DNA of 24,167 bases. It comes from Candidatus Heimdallarchaeota archaeon. GTDB lineage: Archaea > Asgardarchaeota > Heimdallarchaeia > Heimdallarchaeales > Heimdallarchaeaceae. The stretch is from assembly GCA_019057375.1 (NCBI GenBank), contig DXJF01000020.1:1-24167 (forward strand), read 5' to 3'. The notes under the pieces were generated by a model, which was not told the origin of the DNA, searched no databases, and saw only the letters and a program-made list of their open reading frames with translations. The position numbers and the translations under genes were made by a program. This document shows positions 1 through 9,321 of this stretch, piece by piece; position 1 is the first letter of the stretch, and each line of letters begins with the position of its first letter.

Positions 1-158
1 AAAGTTGACTGCATGTAATATTTATATTCTGCATTATCACAATTAAGTAAACAGAATCGCCTTAAAATATTTAAAATCGTGAGTTTAACCTATTGTGAAA
101 TGTCCGATAACCGGCATAGATTAATTGAATTGGAGTTCTAAAAAAAATTTACTGATCA

Positions 159-800
159 TTACATCTCACTAAGCATTTTTCGAATATATTTTAATGCAAA
201 CTGATGATATTCATCTATATTACCATATTCCGGTATTTGTTCTTGATCTCCAAAAAATTCGGTTTGAATAACACTCACGGTTCCATGAACAATTCCCCAA
301 ATGAAAAAAGACAATTTACCAACGTCTTTCTCTTTTATTTCTCCCGCATCTACCGCTTTTTGAACGATTTCGTTTAAATAATAAATAGACTTAGAATCAT
401 ATTGTTGTTCGAGTAATCCTGTTCTTTCTGCTTGAGGAGCTTGAGTTTGAAACATCATTTTGTAACGTTTCTCATCTTCCTTTGCAAATTCAAGATAAAA
501 CTGAGCAATCTTTTCTAGAAGTTCTTTGTAATTTCCTTTATGGTCTTGCATGATTTTTGCCATCCCGAGTTCAAATTTACCAAAATCATTTCTTAGAATC
601 GCGAACCATAATTCCCTTTTACTAGAAATGTACGTATAAAGACTTGCTTGACCCATGTCCAGCTTCTGTGCTAGCTTACGCATACTCACACCTTCAGGAC
701 CATGTTTCAGAAAAAGTTCCCTACCTGCTTTAATTATGCGCTGAAATTGCTTTTTCTTTGCTTCTGCTGATCTCGCTCTAGTCTTCTTATTCTTGCTCAT
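159..800 (-). CDS. TetR/AcrR family transcriptional regulator (WHG-type C-terminal domain)
   Basis: N-terminal HTH 'AGRELFLKHGPEGVSMRKLAQKLDMGQASLYTYISSKREL'; C-terminal 'WGIVHG' motif; divergent from the SDR gene with two palindromic operators between them. Confidence 0.93.
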   Translation of the reverse strand: MSKNKKTRARSAEAKKKQFQRIIKAGRELFLKHGPEGVSMRKLAQKLDMGQASLYTYISSKRELWFAILRNDFGKFELGMAKIMQDHKGNYKELLEKIAQFYLEFAKEDEKRYKMMFQTQAPQAERTGLLEQQYDSKSIYYLNEIVQKAVDAGEIKEKDVGKLSFFIWGIVHGTVSVIQTEFFGDQEQIPEYGNIDEYHQFALKYIRKMLSEM

Positions 801-837
801 AATTGATTGTTATTAAACACTTTAATAAAGTTTACTT

Positions 838-856
838 AACCGAACTTTGTTCGTTT
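838..856. promoter_or_regulatory. Putative TetR operator 1 (CGAAC-N3-GTTCG)
   Basis: aacCGAACtttGTTCGttt with core at 841-853; a second copy lies at 892-904 in the same divergent intergenic region. Confidence 0.75.
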
Positions 857-860
857 AGGA

Positions 861-872
861 ATATTTATATAT
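861..872. promoter_or_regulatory. Probable shared (bidirectional) archaeal TATA box
   Basis: atatttatatat reads TTTATATA on + and TATATAAATA on -, and sits between the two operators about 25 bp from each. Confidence 0.55.
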
Positions 873-888
873 GCTGCAGAGAAAAGAT

Positions 889-907
889 AATCGAACATCG
901 TTCGGTA
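889..907. promoter_or_regulatory. Putative TetR operator 2 (CGAAC-N3-GTTCG)
   Basis: aatCGAACatcGTTCGgta with core at 892-904, just upstream of the SDR start. Confidence 0.75.
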
Positions 908-919
908 AAGGTGTAAGAG

Positions 920-1891
920 CTGAGTAATAAAAACCAAAAGAAAATTGATGGAACAGCTGTTGTATTAGGCGCTACAGGAGGGCTTGGTTCGGCAGTTGTT
1001 TTTGAACTTGCGAAGAGAGAAAGATCTGTAATTGCTGTAACAAGAAATCTTCAGAAAGCAAGGAAATTATTTCAAAATATTGATGTTGAAATCAGACAAG
1101 CTGATTTAATGGACCAGGAACAAACTTTAACAGCTGTTCAAGGTGCAGATGTAGTTTATCATTGTGTTAACGTTCTTTATACAAAATGGTTAAAAGAATT
1201 CCCAATTATTAACAATAACATTCTAGCAGCTGTTAAGGAAGCAGGGGTTAATCTAGTCTTTGCAGATAATCTGTACATGTATGGAGAAATGCAAGGGGAT
1301 AAGATATCTGAAACACATCCTCTAAATGCTAAAGGTAAGAAGGGAAAGCTTCGCATACGCTTAGCAAAACAAATACTAGATGCTCATTCTAAAGGTGAAA
1401 TCAACGCAGCCATCGTACGCTTTGGAGATTTTTATGGTCCTAATGTTGTTAATGGATTTACCAAACCACTACTAGAAAATCCAGTTAAAGGTAAAGCAGC
1501 AACATGGTTAGTAGATTTAGACAAGAAACATTCATTGATTTATATAGATGATGCAGCAAAAGGAATGGTAACAGCATCAGAAAATCCTGATTCTTATGGA
1601 CAAATATTTCATGTCGCAGGGGCTGAACCAGTCACAGGTCGAGAATTCCTCACTATGATCTTTCAAGAGTTGAATCAAGAACCAAATATGAAAGCATTGA
1701 GTGAAAACACAATTAAGATTTTAGCACCATTTATACCTATCGTGAAGGAACTTAAAGAACTAACATATGAATGGAAACAACCATTTATAATTGATGGAAC
1801 AAAATACGCTTCAATCTTCAATACAATGGAACATACAGCTCATAATATAGCCATCAAAGAGGCATTAGACTGGTTTAAACAAAACTTGTAG
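920..1891 (+). CDS. NAD-dependent epimerase/dehydratase (atypical SDR); starts upstream of the ORF-track call
   Basis: The frame is open from 917 (TAA at 914-916) and encodes 'SNKNQKKIDGTAVVLGATGGLGSAVV', a Rossmann GxxGxxG missing from the 1109 ORF. The first plausible start is CTG at 920. Downstream motifs 'ADNLYMYG' and 'VRFGDFYGP'. Confidence 0.88.
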   Translation: MSNKNQKKIDGTAVVLGATGGLGSAVVFELAKRERSVIAVTRNLQKARKLFQNIDVEIRQADLMDQEQTLTAVQGADVVYHCVNVLYTKWLKEFPIINNNILAAVKEAGVNLVFADNLYMYGEMQGDKISETHPLNAKGKKGKLRIRLAKQILDAHSKGEINAAIVRFGDFYGPNVVNGFTKPLLENPVKGKAATWLVDLDKKHSLIYIDDAAKGMVTASENPDSYGQIFHVAGAEPVTGREFLTMIFQELNQEPNMKALSENTIKILAPFIPIVKELKELTYEWKQPFIIDGTKYASIFNTMEHTAHNIAIKEALDWFKQNL

Positions 1892-2061
1892 AAGAAGTGA
1901 TTATATCAAAATAGAAGAAACAAAAAGAAAATATAGAATTTATTGTATTGAAGGGAGTTATCTCTTTTTCTCTAATTTTACATCTGTAAAAATACTTCTT
2001 TGTATTCTCATAAATAACTCTGGGAAAGCCTTTTTATCTACTGATTTGAGTAGGTGTTTCG

Positions 2062-3669
2062 ATGAAAAATCCAGTCGATACACACCAGCAACAAAGAACA
2101 GTTGATTCTCGAGGAAGGGAATGGCGTACACATAAGGATACAATTGAAGAATTGGCAGATCTAATGAATGAACAATCAATTCATCCAATGCAAACAAGTG
2201 ATGAATTATTCCATATTTTTGATGCTGTTCTTAGTCCTGAACAAATTGATTTCATGCTTAAAATGGGAGGAGGAAGTCACTCTTTGGAGAGTTTATTAAA
2301 GAGAATTGACTTACCCAAAGATCAAATTAAAGGATTGATTGATTCTTTAGTTTACAAAGGACCAATTGCAATTATTAAAAACGAATCAGGAAAAGATGTC
2401 TATAATATCATGTCAATCTTTCCTGGATGGTTTGAATTGTACTTGATGAGGGGAGAGGAGAATGCGGAAACAAAACTTTTTGCGGAAAGAGTTGAAGAGC
2501 TCTTTGAAGCAGCTTATAGATTTGGAAATGAAGAAGTGATAAACGAGCTCATGAGAGATGTTGGACCTCACATAAAGGTTCTTGCGGTAAAAAAGCCTAA
2601 AACAACAACTATTGAAGTAAAACAAAAAGTAGATCCTTATGAAAATATTATCTTTTCTACAAACAGCATCCTGTCTATTTTTGAAGAACTAGATGACAAT
2701 GAAACCATTACAGTAGGCAATTGCTTCTGTAGATTCGAAAAGGAATTGATTGGAGATTCATGTCGAGCTGAGATGCCTTTAGAAACCTGTATCTCTATTG
2801 GACCTGCTGCAGAGCATCTTCAGAAGCAAGGTATTGCTAAACCAATAACAAAAGAGGAAGCTATTTCTAGAATCAAAACCTTCCAGGAAAAAGGAGCAAT
2901 TCATCAAACTACAAGAACCATACCAATAAAAGATTTTCAAACTAAATATCCATTTGACATATTTTGCAATTGTTGCTGGGATTGTTGCGGAATAATTGGT
3001 AATTATAATCGAGGTTACTTGCCCTATATCCTCAAATCCTTTCATAGAGCAGTCATTCCTGATCCTGAGGTCTGTTCAGGTTGTAGTGTTTGTGTTGAAT
3101 TTTGTCCTGTGAGATCTATTACAATAGGTCCATCAGGTAAGGCTGAAATAGACGATAAACTCTGTATTGGATGTGGTCAATGTTATCATCATTGCTCTTA
3201 TGGAGCAATTGAACTTCGTGAAGATGAACGTGAAATCTTCTTGCCTATGCTTGATAAATCTGAAGCACGAATTAAACCTAAAGATTTCGATGAAAGTAGT
3301 GATGATGATTTAGAAATAGATGAGTCATCACCGATGGATAAGAAACTAGTTCTTGAGGTTTTGAATGAAACCCGTCTGAAAATGATGAAAAAAGAGAACA
3401 TAAAGGCATTCAAGAAATGGAATAAAACTATGCTCTATCATTTCACAGACCTTGACGAATTTTGGTACTTTGAAATAAAGGGTGGAATACCTGGAGAATT
3501 AAAAGAAGGCAAAGTAGAGAATCCTGACATATTCTACACTCTTTCTGGAACAGTTTTTATTGGTCTCATGCGAGGTGAAATCGACGGTTTCAAAGCGTTT
3601 AGAAAGAAACTTGTTAAAGTAGATGCTCCAGTAAGGGATTTAATCAAGTTGCAAAAATTGATTGGATAA
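2062..3669 (+). CDS. 4Fe-4S dicluster protein with extra Cys-rich motifs, fused to a C-terminal SCP2 sterol/lipid-binding domain
   Basis: CFCR...CRAE...ETCISIG, FCNCCWDCCG, CSGCSVCVEFCP and CIGCGQCYHHCS motifs; acidic linker; SCP2-like tail 'FWYFEIKGG...GKVENPDIFYTLSGTVFIGLMRGEIDGFKAFRKKLVKVDAPVRDLIKLQKL'. SD-like aggtg precedes ATG 2062. Confidence 0.85.
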   Translation: MKNPVDTHQQQRTVDSRGREWRTHKDTIEELADLMNEQSIHPMQTSDELFHIFDAVLSPEQIDFMLKMGGGSHSLESLLKRIDLPKDQIKGLIDSLVYKGPIAIIKNESGKDVYNIMSIFPGWFELYLMRGEENAETKLFAERVEELFEAAYRFGNEEVINELMRDVGPHIKVLAVKKPKTTTIEVKQKVDPYENIIFSTNSILSIFEELDDNETITVGNCFCRFEKELIGDSCRAEMPLETCISIGPAAEHLQKQGIAKPITKEEAISRIKTFQEKGAIHQTTRTIPIKDFQTKYPFDIFCNCCWDCCGIIGNYNRGYLPYILKSFHRAVIPDPEVCSGCSVCVEFCPVRSITIGPSGKAEIDDKLCIGCGQCYHHCSYGAIELREDEREIFLPMLDKSEARIKPKDFDESSDDDLEIDESSPMDKKLVLEVLNETRLKMMKKENIKAFKKWNKTMLYHFTDLDEFWYFEIKGGIPGELKEGKVENPDIFYTLSGTVFIGLMRGEIDGFKAFRKKLVKVDAPVRDLIKLQKLIG

Positions 3670-3735
3670 TAACTGTAAGTTCTTGGTGAAATTAGAAATG
3701 AGGAAGGTTACAATCTTACTGAGCGAATATTAATA

Positions 3736-3999
3736 TTAAGATTTTCTACCTAATAATGCTCCCAAGAAGAAGGGAACATCAAAACACCCCAGTGAAACTG
3801 CAATAAAGATTGCAAATACTTGACCATAGCCACCACCGCTTATTAACAATATACCTATAAATATTGAAGCTATAATTGTTACAATTACTATAATTAATAA
3901 TATAACCAATTTCTATTTAGATCCAGATAAAGAGCTAATAAGAACTCCTAGAAGGAACGCAACTATTACGATACCCATAGCTAGAGCTATTATTTCCAT
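3736..3999 (-). pseudogene. Small 3-TM membrane protein gene with one in-frame TAG (absent from the ORF track)
   Basis: Manual translation MEIIALAMGIVIVAFLLGVLISSLSGSK*KLVILLIIVIVTIIASIFIGILLISGGGYGQVFAIFIAVSLGCFDVPFFLGALLGRKS; TAG at 3913-3915 (codon 29), TAA at 3736-3738. Confidence 0.7.
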
Positions 4000-4116
4000 G
4001 AGTTTCCTTTTATAAATGCAGAATAATTATTAATAACTGTTTGAAGAGGAAAACTTTACCTATTTAGAAATCTTCCTCCCCTTCACTAAATAAGTCATAG
4101 ATAAAATACCTAAAAT

Positions 4117-5349
4117 CTACTGTTGAACTAAATTATAAAATTCTTTCAACTTATTAGCTAGATATCTTATCTCTCTTTTTTTCATGTTAGGAGTCGATGG
4201 AATGTATACTATACCATTATTGAATTTGACATCTATTTCTTTATTCTCATAAGAATGATTAAACACTTTATAAGTAGGGTTTGTTATACAGGATATGTCA
4301 TATTCAGTTAAGAACTCTAAGAACTGATCCACTAGCTGTTCTTCAATTTGTATCGTATTATAAGGCGATAAACTGCTCTTTCCTTTATACCAAGGGAAGA
4401 AATAGGGTATAATCTCAGGATCTAAACATTCGATGAAATATGAATATTTTTTAGCAAACAAGCTTTCCATTTGTTTATAGTTGTCCAAATTCTGATACAT
4501 TGATTTTAGCAAACCTTGAGAAGGTTTACTCAAGAAGGTTTCTCGATCAAATCCAGGGTTTTTTGCTCTGTAAGCTTTAGCAAATTTCAACAAACTAATA
4601 TTCCTATTGAAGAAAGATGCTACTCTAAGTAGCTCAACAAATAAAACTAAGAAGATTCGACTATTATAAAATAGAAAAGTGGGTAGCTTCTTCACCATTT
4701 CTTTAAATCTTTTACCTGTCTTTTCTATGGGTAATGCTTTAATTATCTTTTTTGTACCTTCTATTAATTCCTCATGTTGATTATTAATATGCATAAATCC
4801 TCCCCCAAGAGCAATCGGTCTTTTATCCATGCCCATTGAGTATATTGGAATATCAACAATTTCATGACATGAAAGTAAATCAAGTGTTCCTCCCTGTACT
4901 CTATCTTCTATAATAATACAGTTATGTTTCTTTTTAAATTCTGATAGCACTGATAAATCTATATCCTGACCGAATAAATGTGTTATAACTACTAAATCAC
5001 ATTTTTTCATCTGAGGAATTTCTTCTATTTCATTGTAGTTTTTATTTAATCTAATAATGTGAATGTTTTCTGGTTTAACATACTTTTCCAAAATGTTCCT
5101 AAATGATGTGTGCTGGATTGGTGTTGTTGCAACCACCAAATCTTCTTTATAAAAATACTGCATACAAACTTCAAATAATCCTCTACATGAATAACCTAAA
5201 ATTGTTGTATGTTTATTGGATTCTATCCAAAGATCATATTCTTTAGAAGTAAGAAGATTAGTAAAATGTCTAATAAAATCAAAAAAGTTTAGGGCTAAAT
5301 AATCTGGTGCTGCTTTGATAACTCTCTTTACCATGCTAAATCTGGTCAA
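4117..5349 (-). CDS. PLP-dependent DegT/DnrJ/EryC1/StrS-like aminotransferase
   Basis: 'VVITHLFGQDIDL', 'IIIEDRVQG' and 'YSMGMDKRPIALGGG' with the putative PLP lysine. Start is TTG 5349 or ATG 5334. Confidence 0.8.
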   Translation of the reverse strand: MTRFSMVKRVIKAAPDYLALNFFDFIRHFTNLLTSKEYDLWIESNKHTTILGYSCRGLFEVCMQYFYKEDLVVATTPIQHTSFRNILEKYVKPENIHIIRLNKNYNEIEEIPQMKKCDLVVITHLFGQDIDLSVLSEFKKKHNCIIIEDRVQGGTLDLLSCHEIVDIPIYSMGMDKRPIALGGGFMHINNQHEELIEGTKKIIKALPIEKTGKRFKEMVKKLPTFLFYNSRIFLVLFVELLRVASFFNRNISLLKFAKAYRAKNPGFDRETFLSKPSQGLLKSMYQNLDNYKQMESLFAKKYSYFIECLDPEIIPYFFPWYKGKSSLSPYNTIQIEEQLVDQFLEFLTEYDISCITNPTYKVFNHSYENKEIDVKFNNGIVYIPSTPNMKKREIRYLANKLKEFYNLVQQ

Positions 5350-5430
5350 TATTTAAGATTTAAAAGAATAATGGTCATTCATAATTATTATTGGGAAAGT
5401 GTTTTTATTCAATCATTTCAAGAGACTATT

Positions 5431-6030
5431 ATGAGTGAAAGATCTAGAATGCAGAAACTCCTCCAGATCGTATCTTTCATATCCCAACTAGTTGTAAAAA
5501 GGATGCAAAAGATTATTTTGAAATCTATTCCTAAAGGGAATATAATTGATATCGGTGGAGGGGGAGAGGGTATCATTGCTCAAATTGGGAGAGAACGAGT
5601 TACAGCTATAGATAAGCATCAAAGAGAAATAGATGAAGCTAAGCATAAAGCTCCTGAAGCTACTTGGGTTCTTGCAGATGCAAAAGATTTGGATTATTCT
5701 AATGATCATTTCGACAATGCAACTTCGTTTTTCAGCATAATGTATATGTCAAGTGAAGACAAAATAGAAGTATGCAAAGAAGTATATAGGGTGTTAAAAC
5801 CTCATGGAGAATTCTGGGTGTGGGATTCTTCTATTTCTAAAGAAAAAGGAGTGTTCTTCATCAAAATTAAAGCAGTATTACCTGATAAGAAAGTTGTTAG
5901 AACTGGTTATGGCGTTTCTTCAAAGAAACAGACAATTAATAGTACAAAAGAAACCCTTGAAAATAGTGGATTCAAAGTTGAAGTTGTAGAAAATAAAAAG
6001 AACTGGTTTTTCCTAAAAGCGAAAAAATGA
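5431..6030 (+). CDS. Class I SAM-dependent methyltransferase
   Basis: Motif I 'IIDIGGGGEG', 'VTAIDK', 'ADAKDLDYSNDHFD', 'EVYRVLKPHGEFWVWD'. ATG 5431 is preferred to 5371, which lies in the divergent promoter region. Confidence 0.9.
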   Translation: MSERSRMQKLLQIVSFISQLVVKRMQKIILKSIPKGNIIDIGGGGEGIIAQIGRERVTAIDKHQREIDEAKHKAPEATWVLADAKDLDYSNDHFDNATSFFSIMYMSSEDKIEVCKEVYRVLKPHGEFWVWDSSISKEKGVFFIKIKAVLPDKKVVRTGYGVSSKKQTINSTKETLENSGFKVEVVENKKNWFFLKAKK

Positions 6031-6249
6031 TTTATATATTAATTTATATAATTTAGATAGTTCAACCTTTAATGAAAAATATTTAACCCATCATCTATAA
6101 TCATCGCTGAATAATTATACATATCATTGAAAGACTATAATTATAAATAGTGGCTGATTTATATCGATATCGCTTTCAATAAATTTTTTAATGATGAAGT
6201 AAACGCCCATTTTACTGCGTGTAAAGTATAGTTCAATAAGGTTGTAGAG

Positions 6250-9120
6250 ATGTCAAAGAGAAGTAAAAAGCAAAACCAAGTGACATTAGAAAGAGAGATA
6301 ATTCCTTGGCATAGCATGAAAAACAAGGAAATATATGAAAAACTAGGAACTAGTGACAAAGGATTAGAAGAAACTGAAGTCATAAGTAAATTTCATATTT
6401 ATGGTCCAAATAAACTTACAATAACTGAACGATTTAAAATTCTCAAAATGATTATTGAGCAATTCACCGGTTTCTTGGTGATACTACTTGCAGTTGCAGG
6501 ATTTATTAGTCTAGGAATAGGCTTGAGCAAGTATTTTCAGGGGGAAGAAGCTGAAGAGATTATTGATGCAATAGCTATTTTTGCAATAATAATAATTAAC
6601 GCAATTATAGGTTTTGTTCAGAACTTTAGATCAAATCAAGCTCTAGAGAAGTTGAAAGAATATTTCGATCAAGACGTTGTTGTATTCAGAGCTGGTAAAG
6701 AAGAGATTATCCATAGTTGTGATCTTGTGCCTGGAGATATAGTGATTTTGGAAGTTGGTGATAAGATCCCAGCTGACTGTAGGTTAATTTCTGCAAATAA
6801 TCTCAAAATTGATGAAGCTCCTCTAACAGGAGAATCATCATCTATAACTAAAAATCTAGAACTTGTTGTTGAGGATGCTAGACTTCACGATAGGAAAAAT
6901 ATGATTTATAGTGGAACAACATGCGTTTATGGGAGAGCTCAAGCAGTTGTAGTAGCGACTGGAATGTCTACTGAGATCGGGAAAATAGCTCAGCTAACAC
7001 AAGTTAAGCAAGAGCTAACACCTTTACAAAAAGCTCTTGACAAATTAGGCAAAGTCTTGGGAATAATCATTTTAGTAATCTGTGCTCTTGTAATGGCTAT
7101 CAATATAGGTCTTGGAGAATCTGCTTTGGAGAGCTTTGAAGTAGCTGTTGCTCTAGCCATCTCAGCAGTACCAGAGGGATTACCAGCAGCCATTGTTATT
7201 ACATTAGCGGTTGGTGTTTCAAGAATGGCTAAGAGAAAAACTATTGTTTCAAGGTTACCTGCCGTAGAAACTCTAGGATCAGTAGATTACATTTGCTCAG
7301 ACAAAACAGGAACCTTAACAAGAAATGAGATGACAGTTAAAGAAATTTGGACAATAGATGGTAAAACAGCTATTGGAGGTTCAGGATATCTGCTAGATGG
7401 AGATTTTACTCAAAATGGTACTAAAATTGATCCATTAGAAACTCCTTCTTTGAACAAACTAATAGAAACTGCTTATAATTGTAATAATTCAGGGGTTCTA
7501 CGTAATGAGGATAAAATAGACATTAAAGGTGATCCAACTGAAGCTGCTTTAGTTGTTTTAGCTGAAAAAGCAGGATATACAAAAACAATGTTAAAAGAGA
7601 GGGATCATGAGATTTTCTTCGATTCTGAAAGGAAAAGGATGACAACAATAAATCTAGATAATGGAAAGAAAGTTGCATACATGAAAGGAAGTCCACAGAT
7701 TGTCCTGACTAGATGTAATAAAATCATGAGCAACAGTAAAACAAAAAAGATATCGAGAGAATTAGAAAAAACAATCATGGATGCTAATCTAGAAATGTCC
7801 AGTAGAGCTTTAAGGGTTTTAGGAGTAGCATATAAGGAATTACCTGAAGATTATAATAAAGAAGATGTTCAAACAATAGAAGATAATTTGATTTTCCTTG
7901 GATTAACAGGGATGATAGACCCAGCAAGACCAGAAGTGAAAGAAGCAATAGAAGAATGTGAAATGGCTGGGATAACAACAGTAATGATTACAGGGGATCA
8001 GAAAGCTACAGCAATTGCAGTTGCAGAAGAAATTGGAATTATTAAAAGTGAAGAAGACCTTGTAGTGAATGGTGAAGAATTCTCTTTAATGACTGATGAA
8101 GAACTAAAAGAGAAAATAAATCAAATTAAAGTTTATAGCAGAATGAGTCCAAAAGACAAATTCAGAGTAGTAGAAACATTACAAGAGAAGGAGCATATAG
8201 TCGCTGTGACCGGTGATGGAGTCAATGATGCCCCTGCTCTAAAGAAGGCAGACATTGGTGTGGCAATGGGAATCACAGGCACTGATGTCACAAAAGAGGT
8301 TGCTGACATGGTTATTACTGATGATGCCTTCAATACTATTGTTGATGCTGTTGAAGAAGGTCGCAATATCTTTGAAAACATGAAGAAGTTTATCCGTTAT
8401 CTCTTAAGTTGTAATTTTGACGAAATCTTTACAGTTCTTATCATTTTTGCTACTTTTCGCATCTTACCTTTATTACCTTTGCAAATTTTGTTTCTTAATC
8501 TTCTTACTGATGCCTTACCAGCTCTTTCCTTATCTTTTGACCCTTATGATCCCGAATTAATGGCTCGTCCTCCAAGAGGGAAACAAAAATCCTTTGTAAA
8601 GGATATTTATGTTTTTGCATTTTTAGCTGGTATTGTCGCTTTCTTTGCTACTGTTTCTACCTTCTTAATTGGCTATTTAGGAATTGGTGATAGAGTTATA
8701 ACTAACTGGGCTTTAAAAAATGGATTAACACTATCCCCTGAAGAATTCAAACACGCAGTGGTTGCTTATTCGCAAATGCTTGCATTTATCGCCACTCTTT
8801 CGTTCGAACTTTGGTTTGTTTTCGTTGCAAGGAATAATAATGAAACTCCTCTATTAAAATCTAAACCCTTCAAAAATAAGTATCTAATTGGTGCAATTGT
8901 TTTGTCATGGGTACTTTTGCTTCTCGTAATATATATTCCTGGTTTACAGATGATTTTCAGCGGATTTAAGGAATTTAATGTTGCTTATCTCCTCTCAGGT
9001 GAAGACTGGTTGTATATTCTAGGATTCACCATAGGTTTTTGTGCTTTTACGGAGCTTGCTAGATACTTGTTAAGATCTACGGCTTTCAAAAAAATACAAA
9101 CAAAATTCAGTTCCATTTGA
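6250..9120 (+). CDS. P-type IIA (SERCA-like) Ca2+-transporting ATPase
   Basis: TGES, PEGL, DKTGTLT, KGSP, MIDP, TGD, GDGVNDAPALKKAD; M5 'NFDE', M6 'NLLTDALP'. Confidence 0.95.
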   Translation: MSKRSKKQNQVTLEREIIPWHSMKNKEIYEKLGTSDKGLEETEVISKFHIYGPNKLTITERFKILKMIIEQFTGFLVILLAVAGFISLGIGLSKYFQGEEAEEIIDAIAIFAIIIINAIIGFVQNFRSNQALEKLKEYFDQDVVVFRAGKEEIIHSCDLVPGDIVILEVGDKIPADCRLISANNLKIDEAPLTGESSSITKNLELVVEDARLHDRKNMIYSGTTCVYGRAQAVVVATGMSTEIGKIAQLTQVKQELTPLQKALDKLGKVLGIIILVICALVMAINIGLGESALESFEVAVALAISAVPEGLPAAIVITLAVGVSRMAKRKTIVSRLPAVETLGSVDYICSDKTGTLTRNEMTVKEIWTIDGKTAIGGSGYLLDGDFTQNGTKIDPLETPSLNKLIETAYNCNNSGVLRNEDKIDIKGDPTEAALVVLAEKAGYTKTMLKERDHEIFFDSERKRMTTINLDNGKKVAYMKGSPQIVLTRCNKIMSNSKTKKISRELEKTIMDANLEMSSRALRVLGVAYKELPEDYNKEDVQTIEDNLIFLGLTGMIDPARPEVKEAIEECEMAGITTVMITGDQKATAIAVAEEIGIIKSEEDLVVNGEEFSLMTDEELKEKINQIKVYSRMSPKDKFRVVETLQEKEHIVAVTGDGVNDAPALKKADIGVAMGITGTDVTKEVADMVITDDAFNTIVDAVEEGRNIFENMKKFIRYLLSCNFDEIFTVLIIFATFRILPLLPLQILFLNLLTDALPALSLSFDPYDPELMARPPRGKQKSFVKDIYVFAFLAGIVAFFATVSTFLIGYLGIGDRVITNWALKNGLTLSPEEFKHAVVAYSQMLAFIATLSFELWFVFVARNNNETPLLKSKPFKNKYLIGAIVLSWVLLLLVIYIPGLQMIFSGFKEFNVAYLLSGEDWLYILGFTIGFCAFTELARYLLRSTAFKKIQTKFSSI

Positions 9121-9160
9121 TCCTTACTCTCCTTTTTCCATCTTTTTTCTACTTTCCTTT
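9121..9160 (+). terminator. Pyrimidine/T-rich archaeal terminator region
   Basis: tccttactctcctttttccatcttttttctactttccttt directly after the ATPase stop. Confidence 0.45.
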
Positions 9161-9321
9161 ATTGAATTTAACTTGTTATTAGGTTGCACTTTTTGAATGC
9201 GATTATATAGCCTTCAATGAGAGATATTTAATATACCTTTTTTTACACTATGTAACTGCAAAATGTGAGAGTGGTATAATTTACAGAAAACAATACTCAG
9301 CTCGAAAAGATAGATTCCTTA

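Noticed and set aside
841-904. Gram-positive LexA/SOS box (CGAAC-N4-GTTCG)
   Set aside because: Spacer is 3 nt in both copies, neighbours are not DNA-repair genes, and an adjacent TetR is the simpler explanation.
6126-6225. Possible structured RNA leader before the Ca-ATPase (ATTGAAAG/CTTTCAAT stem, TTTAC-N5-GTAAA)
   Set aside because: Stems are short and AT-rich, expected by chance, and no known riboswitch consensus such as yybP-ykoY was seen.
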